From Chiloscyllium plagiosum (taxonomy: Eukaryota), in contig NC_057750.1 in the NCBI RefSeq assembly GCF_004010195.1, positions 17,380,472-17,424,398 of the forward strand: a stretch of DNA of 43,927 nt, given 5' to 3'. The position numbers and the translations under genes were made by a program. This document shows positions 24,870 through 36,800 of this stretch, one piece after another. Position 1 is the stretch's first letter; every line of letters starts with the position of its first letter. The notes beneath the pieces are model-generated. The model was not told the DNA's origin. It ran no database searches and saw nothing but the letters and a program-made list of their open reading frames with translations.

Positions 24870-25125
24870 GGCAACGATTTCAGAATAAGGGGTCACCCCT
24901 TTCAGATGAAGATGGGGAGGAATTGCTTCCTTCAGACATTCCTCAGTCTGAACAATTCTCTCCTCCAGAGAGCAGGGAAGGCTGAGTCACTGAATCCATC
25001 CAGGGACAGATTCTCGTTGATGGGGAATGGCTGGCAGGAGAGTGAAGGTAGAGTTGCAGTCATGATTTTATTCAAGGGCAGTACAAGCCCGAGGGGCCAA
25101 ATGGCCTGCTCCTGCTCCTATTGCT
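24870..25125 (+). mobile_element. Old CR1 3' fragment
   Basis: RIRGHPF..MGRN.F peptide and GAGGGGCCAAATGGCCTGCTCCTGCTCCTA tail. Confidence 0.7.
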
Positions 25126-26325
25126 CACGATCTGACACAATGAATCTCTTCTCTGTATTCTGTCTTAACTGCCAACTGCTTGCCTGAATGCAGAGGGGTT
25201 TTTTTGACTAAGTTGACTGGTGCAGTCTGGGATTGAGACCAGGAAGACGTGGATCTGAAGGTCTGGAGCTCTCCCTCTCTCCCTCATGGCATTGCTATTA
25301 TCCAGCTCACTTAGCTAATTCAAAACATGTATATTTTTTAAAACCTGCAAAATAAAATTCAGCAAATAAAGCACAGTACTAGAAATGCACAACAATTTTC
25401 TTGGCCACAGAAACTGTCTGAACATTTCTAATCAAGAGCTGCAATTTAACCTGTTAAACTGGCATTTTCTTCCTCAGCTGTTGAAGACCCTTCATCCTCT
25501 TGACTCAAGAAACCTTTGTTGAGCACTTGCATAATAATATTCACACTATGTCTTATGAGGGGCAGGGCAGGGGAGGAGCAGGGCAGCTCTGAGCCAGTGT
25601 GAGGCACTGCTGAGGGAGAGAGGGAGAGTGTGTGCATGTGGTGATGCATGGCACTGAGTGTGGGGTCTCAGGATGTGGCAGGAGCAGCTGTGTGAGGAGA
25701 CTTGTACTTCCCAGAGATCCCCTGGATTCTGGGCGCAAGGGATGAAGCATCAGCTGAAAAAGGATCACCGGACCCAAAACATTAACAGATTCTCTCTGTG
25801 GCTGTGTCTCTGTCTCTGTCTGTCTNNNNNNNNNNNNNNNNNNNNNNNNNNNNNNNNNNNNNNNNNNNNNNNNNNNNNNNNNNNNNNNNNNNNNNNNNNN
25901 NNNNNNNNNNNNNNNNNNNNNNNNNNNNNNNNNNNNNNNNNNNNNNNNNNNNNNNNNNNNNNNNNNNNNNNNNNNNNNNNNNNNNNNNNNNNNNNNNNNN
26001 NNNNNNNNNNNNNNNNNNNNNNNNNNNNNNNNNNNNNNNNNNNNNNNNNNNNNNNNNNNNNNNNNNNNNNNNNNNNNNNNNNNNNNNNNNNNNNNNNNNN
26101 NNNNNNNNNNNNNNNNNNNNNNNNNNNNNNNNNNNNNNNNNNNNNNNNNNNNNNNNNNNNNNNNNNNNNNNNNNNNNNNNNNNNNNNNNNNNNNNNNNNN
26201 NNNNNNNNNNNNNNNNNNNNNNNNNNNNNNNNNNNNNNNNNNNNNNNNNNNNNNNNNNNNNNNNNNNNNNNNNNNNNNNNNNNNNNNNNNNNNNNNNNNN
26301 NNNNNNNNNNNNNNNNNNNNNNNNN

Positions 26326-29300
26326 GATATTGATGTTGACTATTGGACATTGATGTTCACTATTGGACATTGATGTTGGCTAAGGACTTTGATGTTCGAT
26401 ATGAACATTGATGTTCGCTATTAGATATTGATGTTCGCTATGCACATTGATGTTCACTATTGGACATTGATGTTCGTAATGGTCTTTGATGTTCTGTATT
26501 GGACATTGATGTTCGCTCTTGGACATTGATGCTCGCTGTGGCCATTGATGCTTGCTATTGGACATTGATGTTCGCTATTAGACATCGATGCTCGCTGTGG
26601 ACATTGATGTTCGCTATTGGACATTGATGTTTGCTATGGACATTGACGATTGGTCATTGATGTTCAGTATTGGACATTGATGTTCACTATTGGACACTGA
26701 TGTTTGCTATTGGGCATTGATGTTTGCTATGGACATTGATGTTCACTGTGGACATTGATGTTCACAACTGGACATTGATGTTTGCCATTGGATATTGATG
26801 TTCCGTATGGACATTGATGTTCACTATTGGACATTGATGTACACGATTGGACATTGATGTTCACTATTGGATATTGATGTTCGCTATTGGATATTGATAT
26901 TCGCTATGCACATTGATGTTCACTATTGGACATTGATGTACACGATTGGACATTGATGTTCGCAATGGTCATTGATGTTCTGTATTGGACATTGATGTTT
27001 GCTCTTGGACATTGATGTTTGCTTTAGCACTTTGATTTTCACTATTGAACCTTGATGTTTGCTATGGACATCGATTTTTGCTGTGGACATTGATGTTTGC
27101 TATGGACCTCGCTATTGGAGATTGTAGTTCGCTGTGGACATTGATGTTCACTATTGGACAATGATATTCGCTATTGGACATTGATGTTCCGTATGGACAT
27201 TGATGTTCGCTCTTGGACATTGATGTTCGCTATTGGACATTGATATTCGCTATTGGACATTGATGTTCACTATTGGACAATGATATTCGCTATTGGACAT
27301 TGATGTTCCGTATGGACATTGATGTTCGCTATTGGACATTGATGTTCCGTATGGACATTGATGTTCGCTCTTGAACATTGATGTTCCGTATGGACATTGA
27401 TGTTCACTATTGGTGATTGCTGTTCGCTATTGGACATTGATGTTCGCTATTGGACATTGATGTTCACTATGGACACTGATGTTCACTATTGGACATTGAT
27501 GTTCACTATTGGACATTGATGTTCGCTATTGGACATTGATGTTCACTATGCACACTGATGTTCACTATTGGACATTGAAGTTCACTATTGGATATTGATG
27601 TTCGCTGTGGACATTTGTGTTCACTATTGGACACTGATGTTCACTATTGAACATTGGAGTTCACTATTGGCCGTTGGTGTTCGCTATTGGACATTGGTGT
27701 TCACAATTGGACATTGATGTTCACTGTGGACATTGATATTCACTATTGGACACTGATGTTCGCTATTGGACATTGATGTTCACTATTGGATGTTGATGTT
27801 CAGTATTGGAAATTGATGTTCACTATTGGATGTTGATGTTCACTATTGGACACTGATGTTTGCTATTGGGCATTGATGTTCGCTATGGACATTGATGTTT
27901 ACTATTGGACATTGATGTTTGCTATTGGACATTAATATTGACTATTGGACGTTGATGTTCGCTGTGGACATTGTTGTTCTCTATTGGACATTGATATTGA
28001 CTATTGGACATTGATGTTCACTAATGGACATTGATGTTCACTATTGGACGTTGGTGTTCGCTACTGGACATTGATGTTCACTATTGGACATTGATGTTCG
28101 CTGTGGGCATTTGATGTTCACTATGGACATTGATGTTCGCTATTGGACATTGGTCTTCACTATTGGACATTGATGTTCGCTGTAGACATTGATGTTCGCT
28201 ATGGACATTGATGTTCACTATTGTACATTGATGTTCGCTGTGGACATTGATGTTCACTGTGGACATTGATGTTCACTAGTGGACATTGGTGTTCGCTACT
28301 GGACATTGACGTCCACTATTGGACATTGATGTTCGCTATGGACATTGATGTTTGCTGTGGACATTTGATGTTCGCTATGGACATTTGATGTTCACCATTG
28401 GTCATTGATGTTCATTATTGGACATTAATGTTCACTATTGGGCACTGATGTTTGCTATTGGGCATTGATGTTCACTGTGGACATTGATGTTTGCTAAAAG
28501 ACATTGATATTCACTATTGGATGTTGATGTTCGCTATTGGATGTTGATGTTCGCTATGGACATTGATGTTTAATTTTTTTTAAATTCTCTTTTTTCTTCC
28601 TTTTTTATATTACCCCCCACACTACCGCCTAAGTGCGGTAGTGCTTATTTTTTCCCCAGCATCCATGGTGTGTGTGCAGGTGTGAGACAGTGAAAGACAC
28701 AAAGTGCACGAATCTTTATTCAAATTCCACCACCAGGAAGATAGGAAAACACCCGGGTGGCCAGTGACAACACTGCCCTTCACATCAAAGGGCAGTGCTG
28801 TGTGATCAAAACAGTGAAGGGGAGGGTAGGGACTAAATCAAAATAGAGTTGGAGGGAGAAATAAGACACTCCACTCCCTACTGCGCCCACCTCTCCCTGA
28901 ACAACTCCAGGGTGTTGGTCGACACCGCGTGCTCCTTCTCCAAGGACACCCGGGCTCTAACGTAACCGCGGAAGAGGGGCAGGCAGTCGGCCCTAACGAC
29001 CCCCTCCACGGCCCGCTGCCTCGACCTGTTAATGGCCAGTTTGGCCAGGCCCAAGAGCAGACCCACAAGGAAGTCTTCAGACCTGCCCTCCTTCCTCTGT
29101 ACCGGGTGCCCAAAGATCAGGAGCGTGGGACTGAAGTGCAGCCAAAAGCAGAGGAGAAGGTTTTTAAGAAAATCAAAAAGGGAGTGCAAACGCCCACACC
29201 CAATATATACATGGTCCACGGACTCCACAGTGCCACAGAACAAGCAGTTGGGCTGGGAGTCTGTGAACCACCGCAATCTGCGGTTGCAGGGGACTGCTGC

Positions 29301-31303
29301 GTGCAGCACCCTCCACCCCAGATCCCCGAGAGAAAGGGGGAGGACTCCTGTGTAGAGGGCCCTCCACTGGGGTTCCCCACCGCCCGGTGGCAAATGGGCA
29401 CGCCAAGGCGTGTCCGGACGGTGGATGAGGGAGAAGAGGTGGACGGTGTGCAGCAGCAGTCTATACAGGGCCCTCCTTTTTAACTCTTTGAAGGAAGCAA
29501 AATTAAAATTTCGGAGGCGGCTCAGGTTGTGGGGCACAGGCTCCCGCGGGAAGTACGGGACCTTGGGGCCAATGTGAAATTCCGTCCGGGCTGGGGTGAG
29601 CGCAGACGGGATCCCACCGCACACCTGAGCGTCCTCCAACTGGTGCACTACGTCGGGTCCGAGCACTGCCGTTTTAAGGCATCGGATGGCGGTGGCCACG
29701 TACCGGACGTCTACCGCTGCCCTGCTTACTATGTCCTGCGGCAGCGTCCAGCCTAGGCCCCCATCACCCAGCACATCCCCGACCCTGGTCACCCTTGCCG
29801 CCACGGCCCTCCCCTCCGACAGCCACTCGAACCCGCGAGACATTGATGTTTACTATTGGACATTGATGTTTGCTATTGGTCATTGATGTTCTGTATTGGA
29901 CATTGATGTTCTGTATTGGACATTGATGTTTGCATTTGGACTTTGATGTTCACTATTGGACCTTGATGTTTGCTATGGACATCGATGTTCACTGTGGACA
30001 TTGTTGTTTGCTATTGGACATTGATGTCCGCTGTGGGACATTGATGTTTGCTATGGACCTCGATGTTCGCTATTGGAGATTATAGTTCGCTGTGGACATT
30101 GATGTTCACTATTGGACAATGATATTCACTATTGGACATTGATGTTCGCGATTGGACATTGATGTTCAACATTGGACATTGATGTTCGCGATTGGACATT
30201 GATGTTCAACATTGGACATTGATGTTCACTATTGGACATTGATGTTCGCTATTGGACAATGATATTCACTATTGGACATTGATGTTCGCTATTGGACATT
30301 GATGTACGCTGTGGATATTTGATGTTCGTTATGGATAATGATGTTCACTATTGGACATTGATGTTCAATATGGACATTGGTGTTCACTATTGGACATTGA
30401 TGTTCGATGTTGACGTTGATGTTAGATATTGGTCATTGATGTTCACTATGGACATCGATGTTCGCTATTGAACATTGAAGTTCACTATTGGACGTTGATG
30501 TTCACTATTGGACATTGATGTTCGCTATTGGGCATTGATGTTCACTATTGGACCTTGATGTTCGCTATTGAACATTGATGTTCACTATTGGACATTGATG
30601 TTCACTATTGGACATTGATGTTTGCTCAGGACATTGATGTTCAATATGGACATTGATGTTCACTAATAGACATTAATGTTCGCTATTGGACATTGATGGT
30701 CAATATTGACGTTGATGTTTGATATGGACATTAATGTTCGCTGTGGACATTGATATTCGCTGTGGGTATTGATGTTCGGTATTGGACATTGATGTTCACT
30801 ATTGGGTCATTGATGTTTGCTATTCGACATTGATGTTCACTATTGGGACATTGATGTTCACTAATGGACGTTGATGTTCTCTATGGAAATTGATGTTCAC
30901 TGTTGGACATTGATGTTCACTATTGGGTCATTGATGTTTGCTATTCGACATTGATGTTCACTATTGGGACATTGATGTTCACTAATGGACGTTGATGTTC
31001 TCTATAGGATATTGATGTTCACTGTTGGACATTGATGTTCTCTATTGGATATTGATGTTGACTATTGGACATCGATGTTCGCTATGCACATTCATGTTCA
31101 CTATTGGACATTGATGTTCACAATTGGACATTGATGTTCACTATTGGACATTGATGTTCACTATTGGACATTGATGTTCTCTATTGGACATTGATGTTCG
31201 CTATGCACATTCATGTTCACTATTGGACATTGATGTTCGCTATTGGATGTTGATATTCACTGTTGGACATTGATGTTATGCTATTGGACATTGATGTTTG
31301 TTG
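26326..31303. repeat. 20-bp satellite (CTATTGGACATTGATGTTCR) with 19-bp variants, interrupted by Tx1
   Basis: About 3.7 kb of direct tandem monomers at 26326-28572 and 29839-31303; the left end runs into an N gap. Confidence 0.97.
28573..29838 (-). mobile_element. 5'-truncated Tx1 (L1-clade) non-LTR retrotransposon
   Basis: ORF2 C-terminus with DLGWRVLH and CCHC finger (CLFC..ESVDH...C), A-rich 3' tail, 14-bp TSD GACATTGATGTTTA at 28559-28572 and 29839-29852. Confidence 0.88.
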
Positions 31304-31854
31304 TGGTGAGGGTTGCTGTGTTTGATGATGAGTTTGTTGTGGTCCAGTGATCGACATAGATTGTGTCATTTGGTTACCTGTGTGATTTGATTTAATTTGC
31401 TTTTGTTTTCACTGGTTAATTAATTTGGTTCCCATTGATAAACCATTTGAAGCATTTTGGTTATTCGGTAATTAAAACTTTGTATCCATGTATTCTTTTA
31501 GGTACACCCTCCCGTGTTATAAAGTAATTTTCGACTGAGTATAGGTCAAGTCAGAAGTTAGAAATACTGGGTGAGTAACTCACCTCCTGATTTCAGGAGT
31601 GTGACGGAATATTTCCCATTTGCCTAGATGGGTACAGCTCCAATAACACTCAAGAAGCTTGACACTATCCAGGACAAAGCAACCCATTCCATTGGCACCA
31701 CATCCATGAGCATTTAGTCCCTTCACCACCATTGCTCAGTAACAACAGTGTATACAATCTGCAAGATGCCCTGTAGAAATTCACCAAAGATCCTTAGACA
31801 GGACCTTGCAAAATCCACGATCACTTCCACTTTGAAGGACAAGGGCAAAAAGAG

Positions 31855-32171
31855 CAACAACTGTATCCGGGCAGGCAGCAGCTGTATCCGGGCAGGCAAC
31901 AGCTGTACCCGGGCAGGCAACAGCTGTATCCGGGCAGGCGGCAGATGTATCCGGGCAGGCGGCAGATGTATCCGGGCAGGCAACAGCTGTATCCGGGCAG
32001 GCAACAGCTGTATCCGGGCAGGCGGCAGCTGTATCCGGGCAGGCGGCAGCTGTATCTGGGCAGGCAGCAGCTGTATCTGGGCAGGCAACAGCTGTATCCA
32101 GGCAGGCAACAGCTGTATCTGGGCAGGCAGCAGCTGTATCCGGGCAGGCGGCAGCTGTATCCGGGCAGGCA
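31855..32171. repeat. 21-bp minisatellite (GCTGTATCCGGGCAGGCRRCA), about 15 copies
   Basis: Direct tandem units; accounts for the repetitive ORFs at 31723-32421. Confidence 0.97.
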
Positions 32172-32378
32172 GTTTCTGCTGTTTCGGTTACCTGTGGTTT
32201 ACCGCAGCCTGAACATGTTAGATGGAACACTCCAGAACCGGGGACCAAGGGACTGCTGGGAAGGTAAATTTCCCATTTACAATAATTGGGTTCACTCCTA
32301 TCCGCAGTTTGGAGCTTCTGCAGTAAGTCTTGGAACATATCCCCTGCGGGCATGGGGGGTGGGGGGGGCCTCTACTGT
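32155..32378 (+). mobile_element. Tigger/MER44-like MITE (Tc1-mariner/pogo group)
   Basis: TTTC.GC.GTTTC.GTTACC.G.GGT..ACCGC...GAA.AT.TTA.ATGGAA...TCCAGAA and 3' end CTATCCGC.GTTT...GTCTTGGAAC.TATCCCC.GCGG...CTACTGT match the recalled MER44/Tigger7 ends. Confidence 0.65.
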
Positions 32379-32387
32379 TCTTGCACT

Positions 32388-32880
32388 AGATTGGGCTTTA
32401 TTGTCAGGTGCACGCGAATGAGTGAAAAGTTTGTAATGCTGTCTCTTAGTGCCATCTTAGGTACAGGGAACCTACATTCAAATACTTTAAGTGTTGTCAC
32501 AGAATTGAAATAGAGAAATAAAACAACCTGGTATGGGAATAGAAAGTTTAAAAAGTCCACAATGATAATAAAAAGTATCTTTAAAGTACTCAACTTTGGG
32601 TCCTTTTCTCACCAAGTCTGTGCCCATCGGGCTTCAGAACATTGCCTCCATGCGCTGACCTCAGTCCTGGACTCACCTCCAGGACTCACCCTGCTCCCAC
32701 TCCCTGCTGCAGCCCCTGACTCGCTTCCCACACTGGCCTGCTCCGTTCTCCATTCCCTCCAGATGGGGGAAGGAGGGGGGGGGAGAAAAACTGCAGCAAA
32801 GAGGGAAAAAAGAAAGAAGGAAAAGGAAATGGGCGAGCAGAGGAAGTGTAGCTGGAGTGTCCTACTGTGCCGCCATCTTG
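32388..32880 (-). mobile_element. Probable short non-autonomous LINE derivative
   Basis: Minus strand starts CAAGATGGCGGC (YY1-type LINE 5' end) and ends TTTTCACT...CACCTGACAATAAA; no ORF. Confidence 0.4.
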
Positions 32881-33399
32881 ATTACCAGCTGAAAGTTCCC
32901 CTCCAAGCCATTCACTCTCCGGACTTGGAAATATATCGCCACTCCTTCACTATGGCTGGCTCAATATCCTGGAATTCCATCCCTCAGAGCACCATGGTTC
33001 AACCTACAGCACATGGACTGCAGAAGTTCAAGGATGCAGCTCACTACCACCTAGGGGCTGATGACCAACCCACGTCCCATGAGTGAATAAAAAGAATGTT
33101 TATTTTTGTGAGTATCTGTGTGATGACTAACTGGTAAAGGGGCCATGTTTATACTCTCCACAACATTTGAATTTGTTCTCCCCAACTCCATCTTGAAACC
33201 TATCTCAGCTCAGGTTTGACTTGGCGACTAGGGGAATTAGCACAGGCTCCCTGCTCTTTTTAAGAGATGAAACAAGTTAACAGGAGTTTATTATACGGAA
33301 ATTGGCACTAATGGGTTTAGTAGCTTTATATCATTCAGGAAAACCAAAACCTGATCCCTCATGTTAAAGGAACTCAGAAACATTTCTCTGATGTCATTC

Positions 33400-34080
33400 A
33401 CAACCTCGGAACCTGACAAACAGCTTCACTACCTATTGTGTCATTTCGAAGAATAGGGACTGTTTTAGCATTGAACGTGCAGCACACAGCAAGATCCCAC
33501 AAGCAGCAAGATGATAATGCTCTGCTAACCAGTTTTTAGAGATGTCAGCTGAGAGATAAATATTGGCCAAAACACAGGAAGTAGGTGATTTTTTTTTAAA
33601 TATCCAACTGAAATGTTCAAATATCAGCACCTCTAACAGTGCAGCACTCCCTCAGGCACTGACCCTCTGAGCGTGCAGCATTCCCTCAGGCACTGACCCT
33701 CTGACCGTGCAGCATTCCCTCAGTACTGATTCTCTGACAGTGCAGCACTCCCTCAGGCACTGACCCTCTGAGCATGCAGCATTCCCTCAGGCACTGACCC
33801 TCTGACCGTGCAGCATTCCCTCAGTACTGATTCTCTGACAGTGCAGCACTCCCTCAGGCACTGACCTTCTGAGCGTGCAGCATTCCCTCAGTACTGATTC
33901 TCTGACAGTGCAGCACTCCTCCAGATCTGACCCTTCAATAGCGTGGCACTCCGTCAGTACTGACCCTTCAGCAGCGGGGCACTCTATCAGTATTAACTCT
34001 TCAACAGTGCCGTACTCTTTCAGTACTACACAGTCAGTGTCATTCTGTTTTTTGTGCTCTGACCCTATGGAGTTTAATTG
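33400..34080 (-). mobile_element. DeuSINE (SacSINE1/AmnSINE-like)
   Basis: CACAGCAAGATCCCACAA.CAGCAA...GAG.GATAAATATTGGCCA and CAGTGCAGCACTCCCTCAG match the recalled Deu-domain consensus. Confidence 0.7.
33637..34027. repeat. 33/34-bp minisatellite inside the DeuSINE
   Basis: Unit CAGTGCAGCACTCCCTCAGGCACTGACCCTCTGA; starts at 33639, 33673, 33707, 33740, 33774, 33808, 33841. Confidence 0.95.
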
Positions 34081-34547
34081 CACAATGTTATCTGGGAGGG
34101 TGTTTACCGCAGACACGGTTTGATTGGTGTGTTTTGATTTAGTTGGTAGGTTTAGTTTGGTCTTAAAGGTTTAAAGCTATTTAGTTTTAATGGACACACT
34201 TCTGGTCACAATGTAATATGGCGATGGGTTAGGTACATTCATTGTTTTACATCATTTCCTCAGAGTGAGTCGGTTTAGTGCAGTTTGTCTGAATTTGGTT
34301 CCATCCTGTTTTTCTATTCAGTTTGGATTGTTCATCGTAACCAAACAAGCTCTCTGCACATTGCAGGAGGTGCTTTATTTGACAGGTTTTTTTTTAAAAT
34401 TTCTAAAAACCATTTGATTAAGTTTGATGTCAGCTCATACGTTATAGTTGTTGTATCATGTGGTTCTCAGATAATTAAACTCTCACACTTTTAGAATCCC
34501 AACTATTAACATGCTGATTGTTGCTATTCACTGTTAATGATCCAAAG

Positions 34548-36140
34548 CTCTCACTCAATATCCCAGCAGCTCCCTCACACTCAATATCCCAGCAGCTCCC
34601 TCACACTCAATATCCCAGCAGAGCCATCGATGTTAGTGTCTCAGCTGGGACCTTTATTGCTATTATCCCAACAGAATCCTCACTCCTAATACCACAGCAG
34701 AACTGTCATTGTTAATAATCCAGCAGGATCCCCACTTTTAATATCCAGGCACAACCTCCACTGTTAATACCCCATCAGAATGTTAGACCATAGGACATAG
34801 GAGTGGAAGTAAGGCCATTCGGCCCATTGAGTCCACCTCGCCATTTAATCATGGCTGATGGGCATTTCAGCGCCACTTACCCGCACTCTCCCCGTATCCC
34901 TTAATTCCTTGTGAGATTAACAATTTATCAATCTCTGCTTTGAAAATATTTAACGTCCCGGCCTCCACTGCGCAATGAATTCCACAGGCCCACCGCTCTC
35001 TGACTGAAGAAATGTCTCCTCATTTCCGTTCTAAATTGACCCCCTCTAATTCTAAGGCTGTGCTCACGGATCCTAGTCTCCCCTGCCTCACGGAGACAAA
35101 TTCCCAGCATCCACCCTTTCTATGCCATGCATTATCTTGTAAGTTTCCATTCGATCTCCCCATAATCTTCTAAACTCTAATGAATACAATCCCAGGATCC
35201 TCAGCCGTTCTTCATATGTTAGGCCTACCATTCCCCAGGGATCATCCATGTGAATCTCCGCTGGACACGTTCCAGTGCCAGTATGTTCTTCCTGAGGTGT
35301 GGGGCCCAGAACTGGACACAGTATTCTAAATGGGGCCGAACTAGAGCTTTATAAAGTCTCAGAAGCACATCACTGCTTTTATATTCCAACCCTCTTGAGA
35401 TAAATGACAACATTACATTTGCTTTCTTAACCATGGACTCAACCTGCAAGTCAACCTTTAGAGAATCCTGGACTAGCACTCCCAGATCCCTTTGTACTTT
35501 GGCTTTATGAATTTTCTCCCCATTTAGAAAATAGTCCATCCCTGTATTCTTTTTTCCAAAGTGCAAGACCTCGCATTCGCTCACATTGAACTTCATCAAC
35601 CATTTCTTGGACCACTCTTCTAGTCTGTCTATAAATCTTTCTGCAGCCTCCCCACCTCCTCAGAACGACCTGCCTGTCCACCTAACTTTGTTAGTGTTCA
35701 CTGTTAATATCCCAGGAGAACATCCACTGTTAAGATCCCAACAGGTTATGCGCTGTTAATATCCCAGCAAAACTCTCAATGTTAATAACCCAGAATAACT
35801 CCAGCAGGTCTCTCACATGTTAATTTCCAGCACGTGTTCCACTGTTAATACCCCAGCAAATAGCTCACTGTTAAATCCCCCATCTGGATCCCATTGTTAA
35901 TACCCCCATCTGGATCCCACTGTTAATACCCCTAGCTGGAACCCACTGTTCATAACCTCAGGGGGCCCATTGTTAATACCCCAGCTGAATCCCACTGGTA
36001 ATATCGCTGGAGAATGCTCACTATTAAAATCTCAGCAGCACTTTCACTGTTAATAGTCCCACAGAACGCTTATTGCTAATATCCCACAGGAACCCCACTA
36101 TTAATATCACAGTCGGTGCCTCTGTGTTAATATCCCAGCA
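34548..36140. repeat. Diverged ~25-bp minisatellite (CACTGTTAATATCCCAGCAG...) split by a CR1
   Basis: Units recur at 34548-34785 and 35698-36140. Confidence 0.85.
34787..35690 (-). mobile_element. CR1 LINE 3' portion
   Basis: ORF 35225-35599 MKFNVSECEVLHFG..RDLGVLV..YKALVRPHLEYCVQFWAP; tail GGAGTGGAAGTAAGGCCATTCGGCCC. Confidence 0.9.
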
Positions 36141-36469
36141 ATAAAATCCAGGAACACCTTCGAGCTGGAGAGTGACTGCGACACAGAGCTAAGACAATAA
36201 ACGTTTGGAGGTTTAGTTGAATTTAGAAACCATCAGTCAGTGATATTTCCAGAAAAGGCTGTGTACCTGGACCACCAGCAGCAGCTGTTGACAGCTGAGG
36301 TGCCAGTGAAAGCTGTGAGTCTGGTTCTCCTGTGAGCCTGGATTCATTGCTTTTTCCAGGGGGATGAGCTGGCCTTGTTTGGTGCCTGTTAGCATGCTCA
36401 GAAAAAAAGTAACAATTCTTACATGACAGGAAAATGTTTAAAACTGTCTCTAGTTAGGCATGGAGGTGA

Positions 36470-36800
36470 TGAATCCCTTCTTTACCCAGCGCAGAGGTGG
36501 GGTGGGCAGATCAGAAGAGTTCCTCGTGGGTCTGCTCCTGGGCCTGGCCAGGCTGGTTATAAACAGCTCTGGGAAAGGGCTGTGGAGGGGGGTATCTCTA
36601 CTGACTGTCTATCCCTCTTCTGGGTGGTGTTCGAGCCCAGGTTTCCTAGGAGAGGGAGCACACGATGTCCATCAATGCGCACAATGCCTTTAGAGAGAGG
36701 TGGACACTGTGGGGGAATAGAGCACTTCATTTCCTCCTCCAATTCCATTTTGATTTCCTGCCCCTAGCCGCTCCTCACTTTTTGGTGACAGCATTGCCTT
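36470..36800 (+). mobile_element. Older Tx1 3' fragment
   Basis: RSEEFLVGLLLGLARLVIN and SNSILI match the Tx1 at 28573-29838. Confidence 0.8.

Larger units (their letters stand above)
31572..33092 (+). mobile_element. Second CR1-group LINE fragment, split (31572-31850 and 32885-33092)
   Basis: LKKLDTIQDKA remnant; AAGGACAAGGGCA breaks at about 31850 and the family sequence resumes as AAGTTCCCCTCCAAGCCA near 32892. Confidence 0.75.

Noticed and set aside
26326..31303. CRISPR-like array
   Set aside because: Monomers abut with no unique spacers, there are no cas genes and the context is eukaryotic; it is a satellite.
31723..32421. Repetitive ORFs (PARIQLL, CIRAGNS, YPGRQQL) as real proteins
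   Set aside because: By-product of a stop-free 21-bp unit within TE debris; no splice or start context.
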